Source: the human T2T-CHM13v2.0 reference genome, Homo sapiens
Assembly: GCF_009914755.1 (NCBI RefSeq)
Contig: NC_060929.1
Length of the DNA: 64,000 bases
Direction: 5' to 3' (one strand)
The position numbers and the translations under genes were made by a program. Position 1 is the first letter of the stretch; every line of letters starts with the position of its first letter. The notes beneath the pieces were generated by a model. The model was not told the DNA's origin. It did no database searches and worked only from the letters and a program-made list of their open reading frames with translations. Shown piece by piece: positions 1 to 14,269 of this stretch.

Positions 1-434
1 ATAATCAAAGGCTCTATAATTAGTCATTGGTATTACAGCATGAAGTAGTTTATTAAAAAGTTAGACATGTTACTGCTTGTGCAGTTGTTGATAATTATAT
101 GGTGGGAAGTCTGCTAAATCTGGTCCAGCAGATGCATAAGTAGAGCATGGGGCTGGGGGCTGCCCAGGACAGAAGAGGCCGGGGAAGAATGAGGCACCAG
201 TGGAATGTAGCACAGGTACATTAGAAACTGTTAGAAAGGCACTTCTCAAATCACAGGATCGTGAGTTCCAACAACCACCCCACTCTGTTCAAATCTCCTC
301 CAAAAGCTTTGTCCTCTCTCTTTTGATGATATTCAGTGACAATTGCCTTATTATTTTCCCTTCTAACAGCTCAACTTCATTATATTCTAGTCTTAACTAC
401 TACTAATGTTAACAAGAATAACAACCGTAACTTG

Positions 435-590
435 CAGTTATTGAGCACATGCTAGAGACTGCATTATCTGTATGAATTATCTCACTTTATTCCTTACAAA
501 TGCCCTATAAAGGAGGATCTAATATTATCTGTACTTCACAAGTGGTATCACTGAGGCTCAGTTCAGTGAAGTAACTTGAACACGAAGTCA
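435..590 (-). mobile_element. MIR fragment
   Basis: ttattgagcac...actgaggctcag...gaagtaacttg. Confidence 0.55.
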
Positions 591-3299
591 GCCTTAAATA
601 ATTAGATTCAGAAAATATGATTAAGTATAGAGTTTATCTGAGCACAAAGCTTGAGACTGGTAACCCAGGAAAGCATGAACTCCAAGTGAATCAGGTCAGC
701 TTTTCCAAAGTTGAGAAGTTACAGTTTCCATTTTACAGGAAGACAGTGAAATTCCAGCAGGATTACATTTTCCATACAAGACCAGTGCACACACCCACAG
801 CGATTGATTGGTTACAGATTGCTATATTCCAAGGAAGCTTACTTTATTACTCTGTGAGGAGGGGTGGTGATCTGAGGGGGTTTTATCTCTGGCGTTTAGT
901 CTTCCTAATTATCTATAGGAACAAAAAAGGCGGAAGTTGCAGCTGCAGGCTCGGTGACTCAGATCACATAGCCACATTCCTCTCAAGGCTCAGGATAATT
1001 TGAAGTTCCAGCAGCTTTAAGTTATTTTAAGTTTGAATTATTTAATTTCACAATGATAATACAGTAAGTGGCCAAGCCAGAACTCAAACTCAAGCCAATC
1101 CAATGCCAAAGTCCCGGCTCTGTGGTTTATTTTTATGTTGGGCTGAAGCTAGCTTCTTTGGAGCTTTAAACCCTGGTTCTGATTATATTGCCTGGATCTT
1201 CACAAAAGCTATACTGCTCATGTACCTGACAGATAACTGAAGATATGTTCTCAACACTCCTGCAATCTTTTCTTCTGATGAAATAACTCCATTTCCTTGA
1301 TTCAATCTTCACTGGATATGGCTTCCAAATGCCTCCCCTGCCTGGTCTCATGTCTCCTTTAAAATTCAGGAATTTTTCTGAAACTCTCTCAAAGTGATAT
1401 ACGAGAAGGGAACACAGTCTCCACATGTGACCTACTAGGCACTGAGTGGAGCAGGATCATCACTGTCATTATTACCATCCATCAGCTACTGTCCATTGCC
1501 ATTATCACAACAGCAAATAATAATCAAATTCATATTCGAGCTTAGCAATTGGGCTTAAAAACATAGCTTTTGATTTTCACAATTTTCTTCTTGTTCTAGA
1601 CACCATTAATACTGCTGAAGGACACTTTTTTTTTTCTTTTTTGCTAGAAAGTACCTCCTTGTCATGAGTTGAAGCCTATCTTCCCACAGCTTTCCAACTT
1701 TGATCCAATTTTGCCAGGAAGAAAGAAAAGTCATATAGCTAGTGAGTGGAGCTGGAATTCCAACCCAGGTCTATATTACTCAAAGCCCATACATAGTCTT
1801 AGCTACTTTTCTACAATGTGTCTAGTGTTACCTGAAGACATGGTCAGCATGTTCTGTCCAAATCACTAACAGAATTGATCAATAGAATCAAGCTGAGGAA
1901 ATAACACTATTAAATAATCTTCATGTTCTTTCCTGTTTCACCCAGGGCTGGGCTGTTATATAACACTTTCTTTGCCCATTCAAGGGCTCATAAGAACATT
2001 TGAAAAATCATTTAGAATCTTTTCATTTCACCTGGCAAATCCCATATCCCTGTTGTCAAAAAGCTGTAAGAATAGAATCCTGCAATGTATTTGATACAGT
2101 GAAACAACTTCTTACTCTGAGGAGCAGAGCATGTTGATTACCATTCAGATCAAAACAGTCCCCAAATCAGAATCTATGGACAAGGCTGAAATAATAGATT
2201 TTAGATAACGTTTTATCTCAGTGTTAGATACCTATTTCATAATTATTATCCCCTTGGAGTTATGTTTCATTCTTTTGATACTAATAACTAAAAGCTATGC
2301 CTAAAATTATATTATCTCTTACATTTTTATATCTCTTACTCCCTCTCTTATCATAACAGAATAGCTAGGAGAGGGATTGTTTTCCTCCAAATGGTCATGA
2401 AGCAACTGAAACACAGAAATAATATTTATAACTTATAAAGAGTCTCATAGTAATAACAATAAATATATTAGGGTGATTTAAAACAAGTGATATTATCTGA
2501 ACTCAGAGCAATGCAAAATAATAGAATGTATATAATTAGGCTATGGGGAAGAGTATTACCATACCAGAAAACTCAAACTAATGAGGGCTAGTACTATTTT
2601 CTTTGAAAATTAACGCTAGGCTTTTGGCAGCTTATAAGAAAGCAGAAAAATCTACATACTCCATAGATTATGTCATTTCATTGGAGTAGCATTTCATGGG
2701 GCAGGAGACATAGGTCACAGAAGTGTCAGAACTGATTACATGAAATATATCAAGAAGAGAGATTAAATTAATATAGAACCACATGCTTCCAAAGCTGGAA
2801 GGACTTTCAGATCTCTTTTAATGACCTAATTTTACAAATAGATAGACTTGGGCACAGAGAAGGGAAGTAAATTCCATAACATCGCCCAGGACATGAAGTG
2901 GATAATGCTGGGATGTAAGCTAAGGGCTCGGAGTTCACCACATTTTCCATGTTATCTCACTTCCCCTGAAATCCACGTAGCTCCTTCCTGGGTCATGAAG
3001 AAGAAACCACTCGGTCCTGATTCCTGGCCTGTATGGACAGCTCAAAATATACAGCCACACTAGCTCAGATTAGAGAAAGCTCTTCTCCCTTTTTCTCTTT
3101 TAAGAAGTCTAAGTTTAGAGAGCTATCTTTAGCTAAGGCTTGGTTGACGAGTAGAACTGACAAAAAATTACAGGGCACAAAGTTTCTGCAATTCTCAGGG
3201 AAGTATATGACAAAAAATAACAAAAAAATTGGTTTGTATCAATTTTAATCCTTTTAATACAGAGACAAAAACAACCATGTTTGTAGCAAAACCTAATAT

Positions 3300-3510
3300 T
3301 AATTGGATTCTATGCAGAAGACCCTATAACTAAGTGCTTTATGTGCATTATTTCATTTAATCCCCACACAAATCCTGTAAAGCAGCTTTTAGAAATTATC
3401 TCAATTTTACAGATAAGGAAACTGAAGCACAGAGGTTATGTACATTTTCTAGAGATAAGAAACTCTTAAGTGGTAAAGCCAGAATTTGAACAAAAGTCTG
3501 ATTCAGAATT
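3300..3510 (-). mobile_element. MIR fragment
   Basis: tttcatttaatccccacacaaatcctgta...ttttacagataaggaaactgaagcacagagg. Confidence 0.7.
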
Positions 3511-3768
3511 TCTCTTGTTCTTGCTTTGCTGTGGCATGAGAAGAATCTAATTAAGGGGAGAGGAAGAATACAATTTTTGTGGAGGGTGAGTTTGGGTGGA
3601 GTGGGGAGTGCAGAAAAATAATAACAGGAAGAGAATTTCTAAGACACCATTCTGGGATCCTTGGCTTTATGATCTAAATCTACAAATGAAAGTATGAGAG
3701 AAGCAAGTTTATAAATTTAATGAACTACTTTTTGTTCTAATTTTGCTTTGGGCCTCTTTTTCTTAGTT

Positions 3769-3799
<31 letters not shown>

Positions 3800-4319
3800 T
3801 TTGCTTTCATTTTCTACTTTTTTTTAAACATGGAAATTAAGTTTCTGTTTGACATAATTGAAAGACTCCTGATCAATATGGGTAGTACCTTGCCCTTCAG
3901 GGGAAACAATTTTAATGTCATAGATCATACACATCCGGACGAGTATGCTTCCTGCTCCGGGAGCACACAGGGGACTCTGGGTACAGGCCTATCCATCCCA
4001 TGTATCTGCTGCCCCACTGTACACATTGCATTCGGACATATCCTAAGCAACAGGACAGGACTCCAATTCTTAGTCATACCAGGCCCGTTTATACATCATG
4101 TATGTGTTTTATAAGATTATAAAACAAACTTTAAAAAAAAATTCCCCAAATCAAAGACAAAAAGAAAGAAATGAATTCAAGCATATATCCAACTGGTGGC
4201 ATAATCACACAAAGAAGACTTAATTTTGAGTGATTTTGCAGCACAGTAATTTGGCAGTACATCCTTTTGGGGATATATCCTGAAGACAAAGGAAGCTGTA
4301 AGGAAGTCTCAGCAGATTT

Positions 4320-5630
4320 CAGTTGTCATATTATTGTTAATTAAAACACTATTACTGCTGATACAATTATAAACATAGATTGGAGCAAATAACATTATTA
4401 GGAATCAAGAATTTCAGCATAAGAGAAATGAAGCATAAATATAAAGTCAAAGAAGTTAAAGTTGTGTAATCCTAAATTTGAATTGTAAATGATAGTTTAT
4501 ATTCAAGAAGTATGTTTTCTTTCTCTTTCCTTCTTTCCCTCTTTCTTTCTTTCTTTGGTTATTGCCTAGATTCAACCACTGAAAAAACCTGGTAGCAATG
4601 AGCACCCTTATTGTCTACATTCTGGACTCTAAATACAAATACCTAATTAAAATAAACCAGGGCTCTTTGGAAAAATGGTAGATTCTAGGTTTGGGATAGA
4701 AAATGTACAAGAGGACCCTAAAATTTCTTGTCATTTCAGAAATCGAAGAAGTTATCAGTTACCACGGGTGTCATGGGAAAAAGACTCAGGGGCCAACTTG
4801 AATAGGCCCAACTAATAATATGAGGGGACATTATTCAATAAGGATAATTGCAATGGCTTGCAATAGATATACATTTATAAGTTTATAATAAAATGAAATA
4901 ATGCCACATAAGAAAAACATATTGATCAGCAGAAGAGGATAGGAGACAAAATTTACTAGTTTAGAAACTGACAAAGTAAAAGAATCAAGTGTTCATCTTG
5001 CCTTCCCTATAGGTACAATAACGATGATTGGAAGTTTCTAGCCAACTATTTTTCAATCTGATGCAGAGAGTAAACAAACCAACAAACAAAGCAGCTATTA
5101 TGTGTCTCCTGATGGATCTACACAATAGCGATTATGGAGATGATTGCTAAAACATACTGATCGAGTTCCTACATTAAAGAAAACACAGGTGAGAGAAGAA
5201 TGTGCAATTAGCAGAACCAGGAATAGGAAACGCTATAAAAATTATTTTTTAACAAATAAATTATAAGAAAAAGGTGAGAGATGGAGGGAGAACTGAGAGA
5301 TTAATAAAATTAAGAGACTAGCAACCAACTAATATGTATAGACCTTAGTTTCATTTCAATTTGAGCAATTTGCAAAAGACACAGAAGGGAGAGATATAGG
5401 GTCAGATAAAGCCAAAATCAGTCAACTGAGAAAAGCTCAATACCTTAGTCATTATTGTTTCTATTTGTTAGGTCTGACAATAGTATGTAGTTATATTTTT
5501 AAAGAAATCTATTTTTTTTAAGATACATGCTGATATGTTCATGAATGAAACACCACGGTAGGAGTTGATTAAAAATAAAATACCGCCAGTATGGCGGTAT
5601 ACATACAAAACAAAATCGGCCCTAAGTTCT
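4320..5630 (+). mobile_element. Ancient L1M (L1MC/MD-like) 3' region fragments
   Basis: Degenerate L1M 3'UTR-like sequence; subfamily uncertain. Confidence 0.45.
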
Positions 5631-5764
5631 CTTATAAAAAACAATTTGGAAATTTTCTTCTGTTTTTCATTTTCTAAAATAAGCACTGAGATTATGTGTT
5701 ATTTAAACATTTGGTAGAGTTCCCCTTGAAATAATCTGGATCTGCTGCTTTTTTGTGAGGAGTA

Positions 5765-5950
5765 GGAGTGGTGTGGTTTTAAATGTATATAGGTTAGACA
5801 GACATGGATTGTATTTGGTCCTGCTACTTCCTCACAGTGTGACCTTAAGCAAGTTACTTAAACTCATTGAGCCTCAGTTCAACTGTAAAATGAAGATACT
5901 AATAATGCCTAGAGCCCAGGATTATTATCAGGATTAAATGAGATAATGTG
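5765..5950 (+). mobile_element. MIR fragment
   Basis: tgtgaccttaagcaagttacttaa...gagcctcagtt...ctgtaaaatg...ggattaaatgagataatg. Confidence 0.75.
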
Positions 5951-5959
5951 CCTTTTAGT

Positions 5960-6335
5960 TTCTTTTGTCTAGATTTAACCTCCCTCTCCTCTTTGCATAG
6001 TTAATTCCTTCTGACCCCTTCATTTGTCAATGCCGTCATCATTTCTTAATGGCACCCATTCCTTTTCTTTTCTAGCCCGGTCAAATCTCCTTATTATGGT
6101 TCCTATAATACCATACACCTCTCCTTCATAGCTCCGATCACAGTGTAAGTTTGCATGTCTCAGTTAGTATTTAATTCATATGTCTTCTCTTTGACTCTAA
6201 GCTCCATGGCATCAAAGAAAGTATCTGTATTTAGCATGTAATTCTCCCTAGCAGCTAAAATCTTGCTCGCTACATGGTAAATAATGAACTAGTGTTTGTT
6301 AAGTACATAAATGGGTGAGTGAATTGGTAAATGAA
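5960..6335 (+). mobile_element. L2 3' fragment
   Basis: gactctaagctccatgg...tagtgtttgttaagtacataaatg-type L2 3' end. Boundaries approximate. Confidence 0.5.
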
Positions 6336-7970
6336 TGCAGTATTTAGCACAGTGCCTGACTCAGAGTCAGCACTCAATAAATACTGGTTACTATTGTTAC
6401 TTCTGTTGTTATTGTTTTTCTGGTATCAGACTCCAGTGGTAGCTGAAAGGGAAGGGATAGGACTGATAAGAGAAAATTAAAGGTGCTAAAAGTAGGATAT
6501 TAAATGTAAGGTGAAAAGATTGAGAGCAATTCTCCAAACTCAGTAGAAAACACATTGTTTATACAGTGGGTGAAGGAAAGATCCTGTTGTTCAACCTGAA
6601 CCATCATATCTGAGGTTAAGTGAAACCTGTGGCTTAGAGCGTCACTCACCCTTGGCATAGATACTGAGCCTTCTCAAAGTTCAATCTGCCCCGGTCAGTA
6701 ATTTAGGCAGAATGGAATTTGGAAAGGTAGGAAATGCATTCTCTGTCATAGTTTCCCTGCGCTGGGATTATTGGTTCTTCTAAATTCTCAGTGAGTGTTT
6801 TGAGTTGATTATAAATGTGTTGAGTTCTGTTAGTGAAGAAGCAATGGACATTTCATCAGAGAATGCTGATCACAAAAGAACAAATGGTTAGGCTTTTTGT
6901 TTCCAAAGTCTTGAAAGCATGTGAAATTAATGGATTGCTTCAGTTTTATAATTATTTACCAAAGTTAACCCTTTACTTTGATGCATACAAGAAGTAAAAA
7001 TAATGAATATAATTTTTCTAGGCTTCTAAAAAAGGGGCTGAAAGGAATCCCTATAGTATCTGCTAAAAGTTTGTTCTGATTCTATGAAAAAAATGATTTG
7101 CAAATATTTTACAAAACATCAAAGGCAGTGGTTCTTAAATTTGGGGAATTATAATTCTCCTTGAGACTCCAAAGAAAAGAGCAGACCTTTCTCAAAAAAC
7201 ACCCACTATAAACAGCAAGCTTCCAGGATTAACTTCAGGATGTTCATGGAGTGTTTGGAGCTTACAGAGATGTCCTACTGTAGGAAGGACTGTTATGAAG
7301 CTACAGCTTCATGTGCGGACACGCACTGTAGATTAAATCTAGCTTTTCACAATGTGATGGCTTTTTATATTTGCCAAAGTCTACTGAATAATGGTCAATG
7401 TTCATTAAAAACAAAAAGCTAACAAAACAGAAAAACTACCTAAATATACTGCTAAGTTAATGATTCTATCATTTGAATTAAACTTGTCATTTCAATTTCC
7501 TGCAATAGTGAAAACAAACTATATGTATTAATATGTTTCAAAAACATTCAGATAAAAAAGATATGATTTACTAACACATGTGGTTTAATGTCATTTATAT
7601 AAAATGTAAAATAAAGTTATATATTTTACAAACATATAAACATGTAGCATAAAACACAAACATTCACAGAAATTCTAAACACTCAAATGCATCATAGCAT
7701 TTACTTATGGATATGGAGTGAGAGAACTGAATCAGGGAAAGATACTGGGGGTTTTAACTGTAATGCTTTTTTCACAGAAAAGGGATAGAGCTGGAGCAGA
7801 TATAACATTAATACTTGGCAAATCTGGCTGGTAGGTACAAAATGGTTTATGTTATTATCCTTTATTGTCCATATATCAAAATAAAATATTTTAAAAATGA
7901 AAATACCCACTGTCTAGCTCGGAGGGATGTCACGAAAAATGACTGAAAGGTAACACACAGTACTTCAGAA

Positions 7971-8273
7971 GGCTGGGTGTGGTGGCTCATGCCTGTAATC
8001 CCAGCACTTTGGGAGGCTGAGGCAGGTGGATCACATGAGGCCATGGGTTCAAGACCAGCCTGGCCAGCATGGTGAAGCCCCTTCTTTACTAAAAATATGA
8101 AAAAAAAAATAGCTGGACATGGTAGCGTGCCTGTAGTCCTAGCTACTCAGGAGGCTGAGGCACGAGAATTACTTGAACCTGAGAGGCAGGAGGTTGCAAT
8201 GAGCCGAGATCGTGCCACTGCACTCCAGCCTGGGTGACAGACAAAGATACTCCCTCCCCCCCCAAAAAAAAAA
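7971..8273 (+). mobile_element. Alu (S/J-type)
   Basis: Dimeric Alu with A-tail; short TSD cttcagaa. Confidence 0.95.
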
Positions 8274-9201
8274 TCTTCAGAAAACACAATTACCATGAAA
8301 ATTTTAGAAAATATTAGGCATAGGTTTCCCTCACAAAAATTTATGTCATTTAAATTTAACCCAGCAACTGTTTATTAAACAGGGCTATAATCTCATTGGA
8401 ACCAAGAACAAATGAATGTAAGAGAATAGTCACAGCCTTCATATTCCATGGGATCTTACTACGCACCTTTATCAATGCATTCCAAGGTGCTCTCACTCTT
8501 AGGATTCCACACAGAAGCACCTTGGGGAATATAAGTAGAGGTGAAGGACAATTTTTATTAATAATTTATCAGGCCCATGGACACTTATCATGCCTCGATT
8601 AGAACTATATCCCTTTTGTTATATATGTTTTATCAAATATTTTGTTGGGAATAGTGATCTACTGCTAAAGATTTACTAAAAATAAAAAATCTACTCTTAT
8701 TACTTCTACAGGACTCAAGAATTAGAGTGAAAACTTACTGTTTTTGCTGCTGACCTCTCATGCTTTCCTATGGCACCAGAGCTCTGATTTTGAAGAACAT
8801 CCTTTACATACCGTCTGCTGAGATGTCAGTAAAAATGCCTTATCCAGACCTGAGGATCCAGCCATACTGAGGAAGATGTGACCCAAATTTCACATCTGAG
8901 TCAATCCTGAGACTTTGACATGAACACTTGACAGAGAGGGCTTCTTACTTTCACTAAACTCAAGACTGCTCATATAGCATGTAAATCTGATTCTTCCAGA
9001 ACCCATCTTGCCAGTAAGAGGGACCAGAGTTTTCCTGGGAAAATGGGGCAGACAAATGAAAATAAATGGAGCTACTACAGAAGACAGCAGAGTCAATAAG
9101 TGGAAAGACTCTAGATGCTAAGGATGTCACTTGAACCCCTGGATTCAGCTGTGACTTTTCAGCCACCTGAAATAATTTCCCTTGTTGGTTTAAATACACT
9201 G

Positions 9202-9204
<3 letters not shown>

Positions 9205-9233
<29 letters not shown>
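9205..9233. repeat. (GA)n microsatellite
   Basis: Direct reading of the sequence. Confidence 0.95.
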
Positions 9234-9236
<3 letters not shown>

Positions 9237-12200
9237 TATACTATTATATATAATATATATGCACTATTATATATTTATTTACTTACAGCTGAAAGATGCC
9301 CAAATCAAGTGACTCTCAATGCTGCCATACCCCCATTTATCCCCAGTGATGAGGAACTTACTGTCACATGTAAGTTCCATCCTTGGACTGACTTTTAAAA
9401 AGCTATATATAATTATTTAAAATTTCTTTACTTTATACCCATTGTTCCTGTTGCCTCACTTGGAGTCAGATGGAGTATGCCTGTTTCTTCACAAAGGCCT
9501 ATAGATATTGGAATATTACACTAGTCCCTCTTCCTTAATTTGCCCATCTCCTGTCCAAAGTTTCTTATATACTGAGACTTCCAATCTAAACCTTAAGATT
9601 ATCTTATCTACAAAATGTTTTTAATAAGTATGCATCAAAATGACTATTTTTGTTATCTTGCATAATTGTCAGAATTAAAATTGAATTATCTTTAGGTGCC
9701 TGCCCACACATTAAACTTTTTTCTTTTCCCCCCTTTTATAAGAAAACTCCAAAACAGATTATAAAATGAGGAATGATTAATACATTCCATTTATACGAAA
9801 TAGTGCAAGCCCACATATCCCAGAGAAACACGGAAACAGCTGCCAAACCTACTCACTTCATTTTTCATGAAATGAGAACAGCTGTTGAGTGTCTCATAAA
9901 TATCTAGGGCAAGACATGAAGAAATTACAAAGGAAACCCTTTCCAAGTAGGAAGTATATGTTCCCAAATCCTTGAAAATTCATCTCAGAGCATGGTAAAG
10001 CCAAGTAAGCTCGTTAAAGTTAATGTATGAGTTCCACAGAAGACAAGAGACTTTTCCAGAGTCCCAAAGAGATAGCCATAGATCTCAGATCTTTCTTCTT
10101 TGATGCCAATTTTACACACAGCATATAATGAATTACCAAATAAATGGTTCAGATATCAAGTGCATTGGATTTAGAGAAGGGAGATAACCATCAGAAGTGG
10201 AGATGCTAGGCAATTTTTTAGCTTGGTCAATGGCTGAGATTTAGTCAGGAGCTTTACCTCCATTCTGTCTAAATTCCTAAACAGTAAGATGAGATTCCAT
10301 GAACTAAGGGAAATGCTATTAGAGTCTCTAGTTACTCAAGTATTCATTCAGACAAATATTTACTGTTTTTAAGTACCATGGACAAGGCACTGTGTTAAAT
10401 ACATTGTATGTATTGTCAAGGCAGAAGGTGTGGAGGTGGGGTGGGAAAGAGATGATGCCTTCTCTGAAGAAGTTTACAAATTCTGAGGAAGTTCCCAAGA
10501 CATATATTTTTCAATGTTCAGTAACAATAAATGCAGTGCTATGTTTTAACTCATCATGGGGAATTCCTTTTATCCCTAGAAAACAGATGACACTGACCTT
10601 AAATGTTTGGTAAATACATTTCTAGGTAAAAAGTTGAGACCTTAGGTTATGACCTTAAATGTCTTATCTTATTCTTCCTTTATTTTTTCAACTACCCATC
10701 CTTCAAAATTTATTCCAATTCTCTGCTTATCTACAGAGCTTTCTTTGATGTTCCCTCCACTGACATTAACCTTTTAATGAGCCCTTTAGCATATTACTGG
10801 TATTTTTCTTGATGCTTAAGCATATGATTTTTAATACAGTTACTTAACTGCTTTCTATGTTAGGGGTTATTTCCTCAGCTACATTGAGCATCTGGGCGAT
10901 AAATGCCTTACAATTCCTTAGTTTCTAGAACAACATAAGTATTCCATGTATTGCAAGGAAATAAATTAATAAATGCCATACCCCTTTGATTCTTCATTGC
11001 CAATTAAGTCTACTCCACAGAACTTGTCCTCCTGGCCATCTAAGCCCAGTCATGTCTGAGTCATAAGAAAATATACCTTAAGGACAGATACTGATTTTTA
11101 TTTTAATTTTACTGTATTTCCCTAGTTGAGGCAACCTCCATTGTTAACGTACTTCATCCAGTACTAGCCCTGTGAGACATCTGTGAAGGAATGAAATTCA
11201 GTGATAAGATATAATTACAGATAATCAAATTAGTCAAAATGATATAAGATTATCTATCATTGAAGCACAATATGATCCAGAGAAGTATAAACTAATAGAA
11301 GAGCAGCCACTGAAAACTACAGCCAAATCATCACTTATCTTGCCTGAAAATGTAAGAAATTTCAATTATCTGGTGTGTGTGGGGAACATGAGAGATTTTC
11401 ATTATTCTCAGTGAATGTATGGAGTCCATGCTTTGAAGAATATTAGTAAGCTTGGTCAACTGCAGAAGTGATGGGCTAAGTATTTGAAAGAAAGGAAGAG
11501 AACTAAGCTTTAATGACCTTTAACAGAAACTTAGTAGGCTACTAATACGTAGGATTTAGACATATATATGCCAATTATGTGTATGTATTAATATTGTTTA
11601 TGCTACTGCATGACTTTCAACCATTAAAAAAAAAAGAACTTACATGTTTACTTAGTTATCACTAGGAATACCCTCTTAGCAGTTTAGAAGCCTACCTGTA
11701 GTATTTCCCCTTGGGCAGGGTCAATTTTTAAAGATGACATCACCCAAGAATAATGGCCATGAATTGCCCTCAGAGGAATCACCTTAAAGGAGAACTTTAT
11801 TTTTGTTCTACTTGGTCTGATCAATTAGCATATATTACTTGAAACAGAGTAGGAGAAAGAACAATGCAATAAGGTCCACTGAAATCCAGTTCAAAGCTGA
11901 AGCATATCCAGAGGAATGTTAATCTGATTACTAAATGCCAACACATTGTTTTAATGAGTGGCTGGATTTTATGTAAGTGGCAGGTCTTTGCAGCCTCTCA
12001 CCTGCTAAAGAAAATCATCCCTGCCTATAAGACAATACACCTTTCAATTTCTTTAAGAAAAGAAATTCAAGACAATATAGTTTACCAGAAAGCTTGTAGT
12101 AAACCCAATCCTCACCAGCCTTCTTTCCAATCACAAATGTCCTATGTTCCTTTCTGTCTCTTAGCCTTTTCAGATGTTGGTCACTCAGCTAAAATGACAT

Positions 12201-12522
12201 TCTTCTCACAATGGATGCTAACATAGATTATGATTCAAACCATAACAATTTTGAGAGTGAGAGAGGATAGTAATAATAAATTGGATATACTATATTTGCA
12301 ACCCTATTGCAATACTATTTTTAAAAATATGTCTTAAAGTAGAAAAGCAACATATGTCCACCAAATACACTAAAACAATTTTTTTTTTAACTTTGTATTG
12401 ATTGTTTAAACACTGAAAACAAAATAGGATGCCTAAGCTTTAATCAGTTCCTTAGCTATATTTTTCTTTAAAAATGTCTTGTAGGTATCTTTATTGAAGA
12501 ATGTATTTTTTAAATAATATAA

Positions 12523-13588
12523 TGTAGGGTAAGGAGATTCTCCTTTTTGGAAGGTGAGTTTAAGGCTATTGAAATCGATTTACAATAGACCAATTTACAG
12601 GAAGAAAGGTTTATAAATTAACAGGTACATGGGCATGGTAGTCCCATAAATATAAAATGCAAAGGAGGGAACAGATGACTGAAGTTTTTATAACATCCTG
12701 GGGTTACAGAAAGAACACCTGGGGTTTCTGGTGGGGGTGGTTTCACAGGCTATGGAAGATAGATGGGAGGAAAGTGGTGCTATAGTTTAGATGTTCATCA
12801 CCTCCAAATCTCATGTTGAAATTTGATCCCTATCACTGGGGATGGTGCCTAATGGGAGGTATTTGGGTCATGGGGGTGGGATCCCTCATTAATAGATGAA
12901 TGGCCTCCCTGGGGAGATGGGTAAGCAAGTTCTCATTTTATTAATTCCCCCAAGAGTTTGTGGTTAAAAAGAGCCTGCCCCTACCCCAACCTTGCTATAT
13001 CCTCTCTCACCATGTGATATCTCTGTACATGCTGGGCTGTCCTTTGCTCTCCACCATGAGCAGAAGCAGCCTGAGGCCCTATCAGAAGCAGATGCTAGCG
13101 CCATGCTTTTTGTACAGCTTGAAGAACTGTGAGCTAAATAAACCTCTTTTCTTTATAAAGTACTCAGCTTCGGGTACTTCTCTATAACAACACAAACAAC
13201 TAAGACCTATGGCAAGCAAAGGTTGCCTTGTTATACAGATAAAAATCTCTCAGGTCATCTTGGGGCTGCCCTCAGAAGGAATACATGGCAGCCAGTGGTA
13301 AAGTTTCTTTGTCAGAGCTTTGATGTGTCAAACTTCTAGTTTTCTTTTCCAGTAAATTAATCTTTCTGATTAATCTGATAAGGCAAATAAGGGAGTGGGC
13401 TTCAGAGAGAGCCTGTTTGAATCTGCTGTTTATTTCACTAATGTAGATTTTCTCTACATATGCAAATCTCCTCAACAAAAAGGCAGCTTTTCAGGGCTAT
13501 TCCTGTGGCTTGCCCTCCCTCCAAATGACCATCTTGAAATAGGCCAAAAAAAGCATATTTGGGGGTGAAATATTCTGGTTTTCTTCAA
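12523..13588 (-). mobile_element. ERV1-class solo LTR (MER34/MER39-like), split by the MST LTR
   Basis: Right end read on the minus strand is TGAAGAAAACCAGAATATTTCACCCCCAAATATG, a MER34-type start; LTR-like sequence lies on both sides of the MST. Confidence 0.6.
12778..13207 (+). mobile_element. MaLR solo LTR (MSTB/MSTC-like)
   Basis: tgctatagtttagatg...aaatctcatgttgaaat...aataaacctcttttctttataaag...actaagac. Confidence 0.8.
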
Positions 13589-13970
13589 TGATTTTATTGT
13601 TTTCACTAAATTACCTGTAAGTGAGCATCATCAAAATTGCATTTTATGTTTAATAAGTTTGGAGTGTTTGACAACTTCAGTTTACTTTCTGCTGTAAAGC
13701 ATTTTTTTAAATTAAGAAAACTCTCTTTCTAGATGTGGCATAAGCTTGTTAGCTGTCCATTTTGAAAATAGTCTCTCGTACTAAAATATTTTAACATTCT
13801 TTTTCAGCTTCAGTTTGGAGTTTCCTTCTCCCATAAATATATTTATAGCAAAATATTATATTTTATGCTTGATTTATTTTCATATTTAATAAAGCAAAAT
13901 CATATATCTTCTGAATTTCATTTCATACAACTAGAGAATAAAAGTTTGTCTAATTAAAAATAGGAGCTTT

Positions 13971-14269
13971 GGCCAGGGGCGGTGGCTCACACCTGTAATT
14001 CCAGCACTTTGGGGCACCAAGGTGAGTGGATCACCTGAGGTCAGAGGTTTGAGACCAGGATGGCCAACATGGTGAAACCCCATCTCTACTAAAAAACTAC
14101 AAAATTAGCTGGGGCATGATGGTGCATGCCTGTAATCCCAGCTACTTGGGAGGCTGAGGCAGAAGAATCGCTTGAACCCCAGAGGCACAGGTGAGTCAAG
14201 GTTGTGCCACTGCACTCCAGCCTGGGCGATAAGAGTGAGACCCCATCTCAAAAAAAGAAAAAAAAAAAA
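13971..14269 (+). mobile_element. Alu (Sx-like)
   Basis: Dimeric Alu with A-tail; TSD aggagcttt. Confidence 0.95.
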
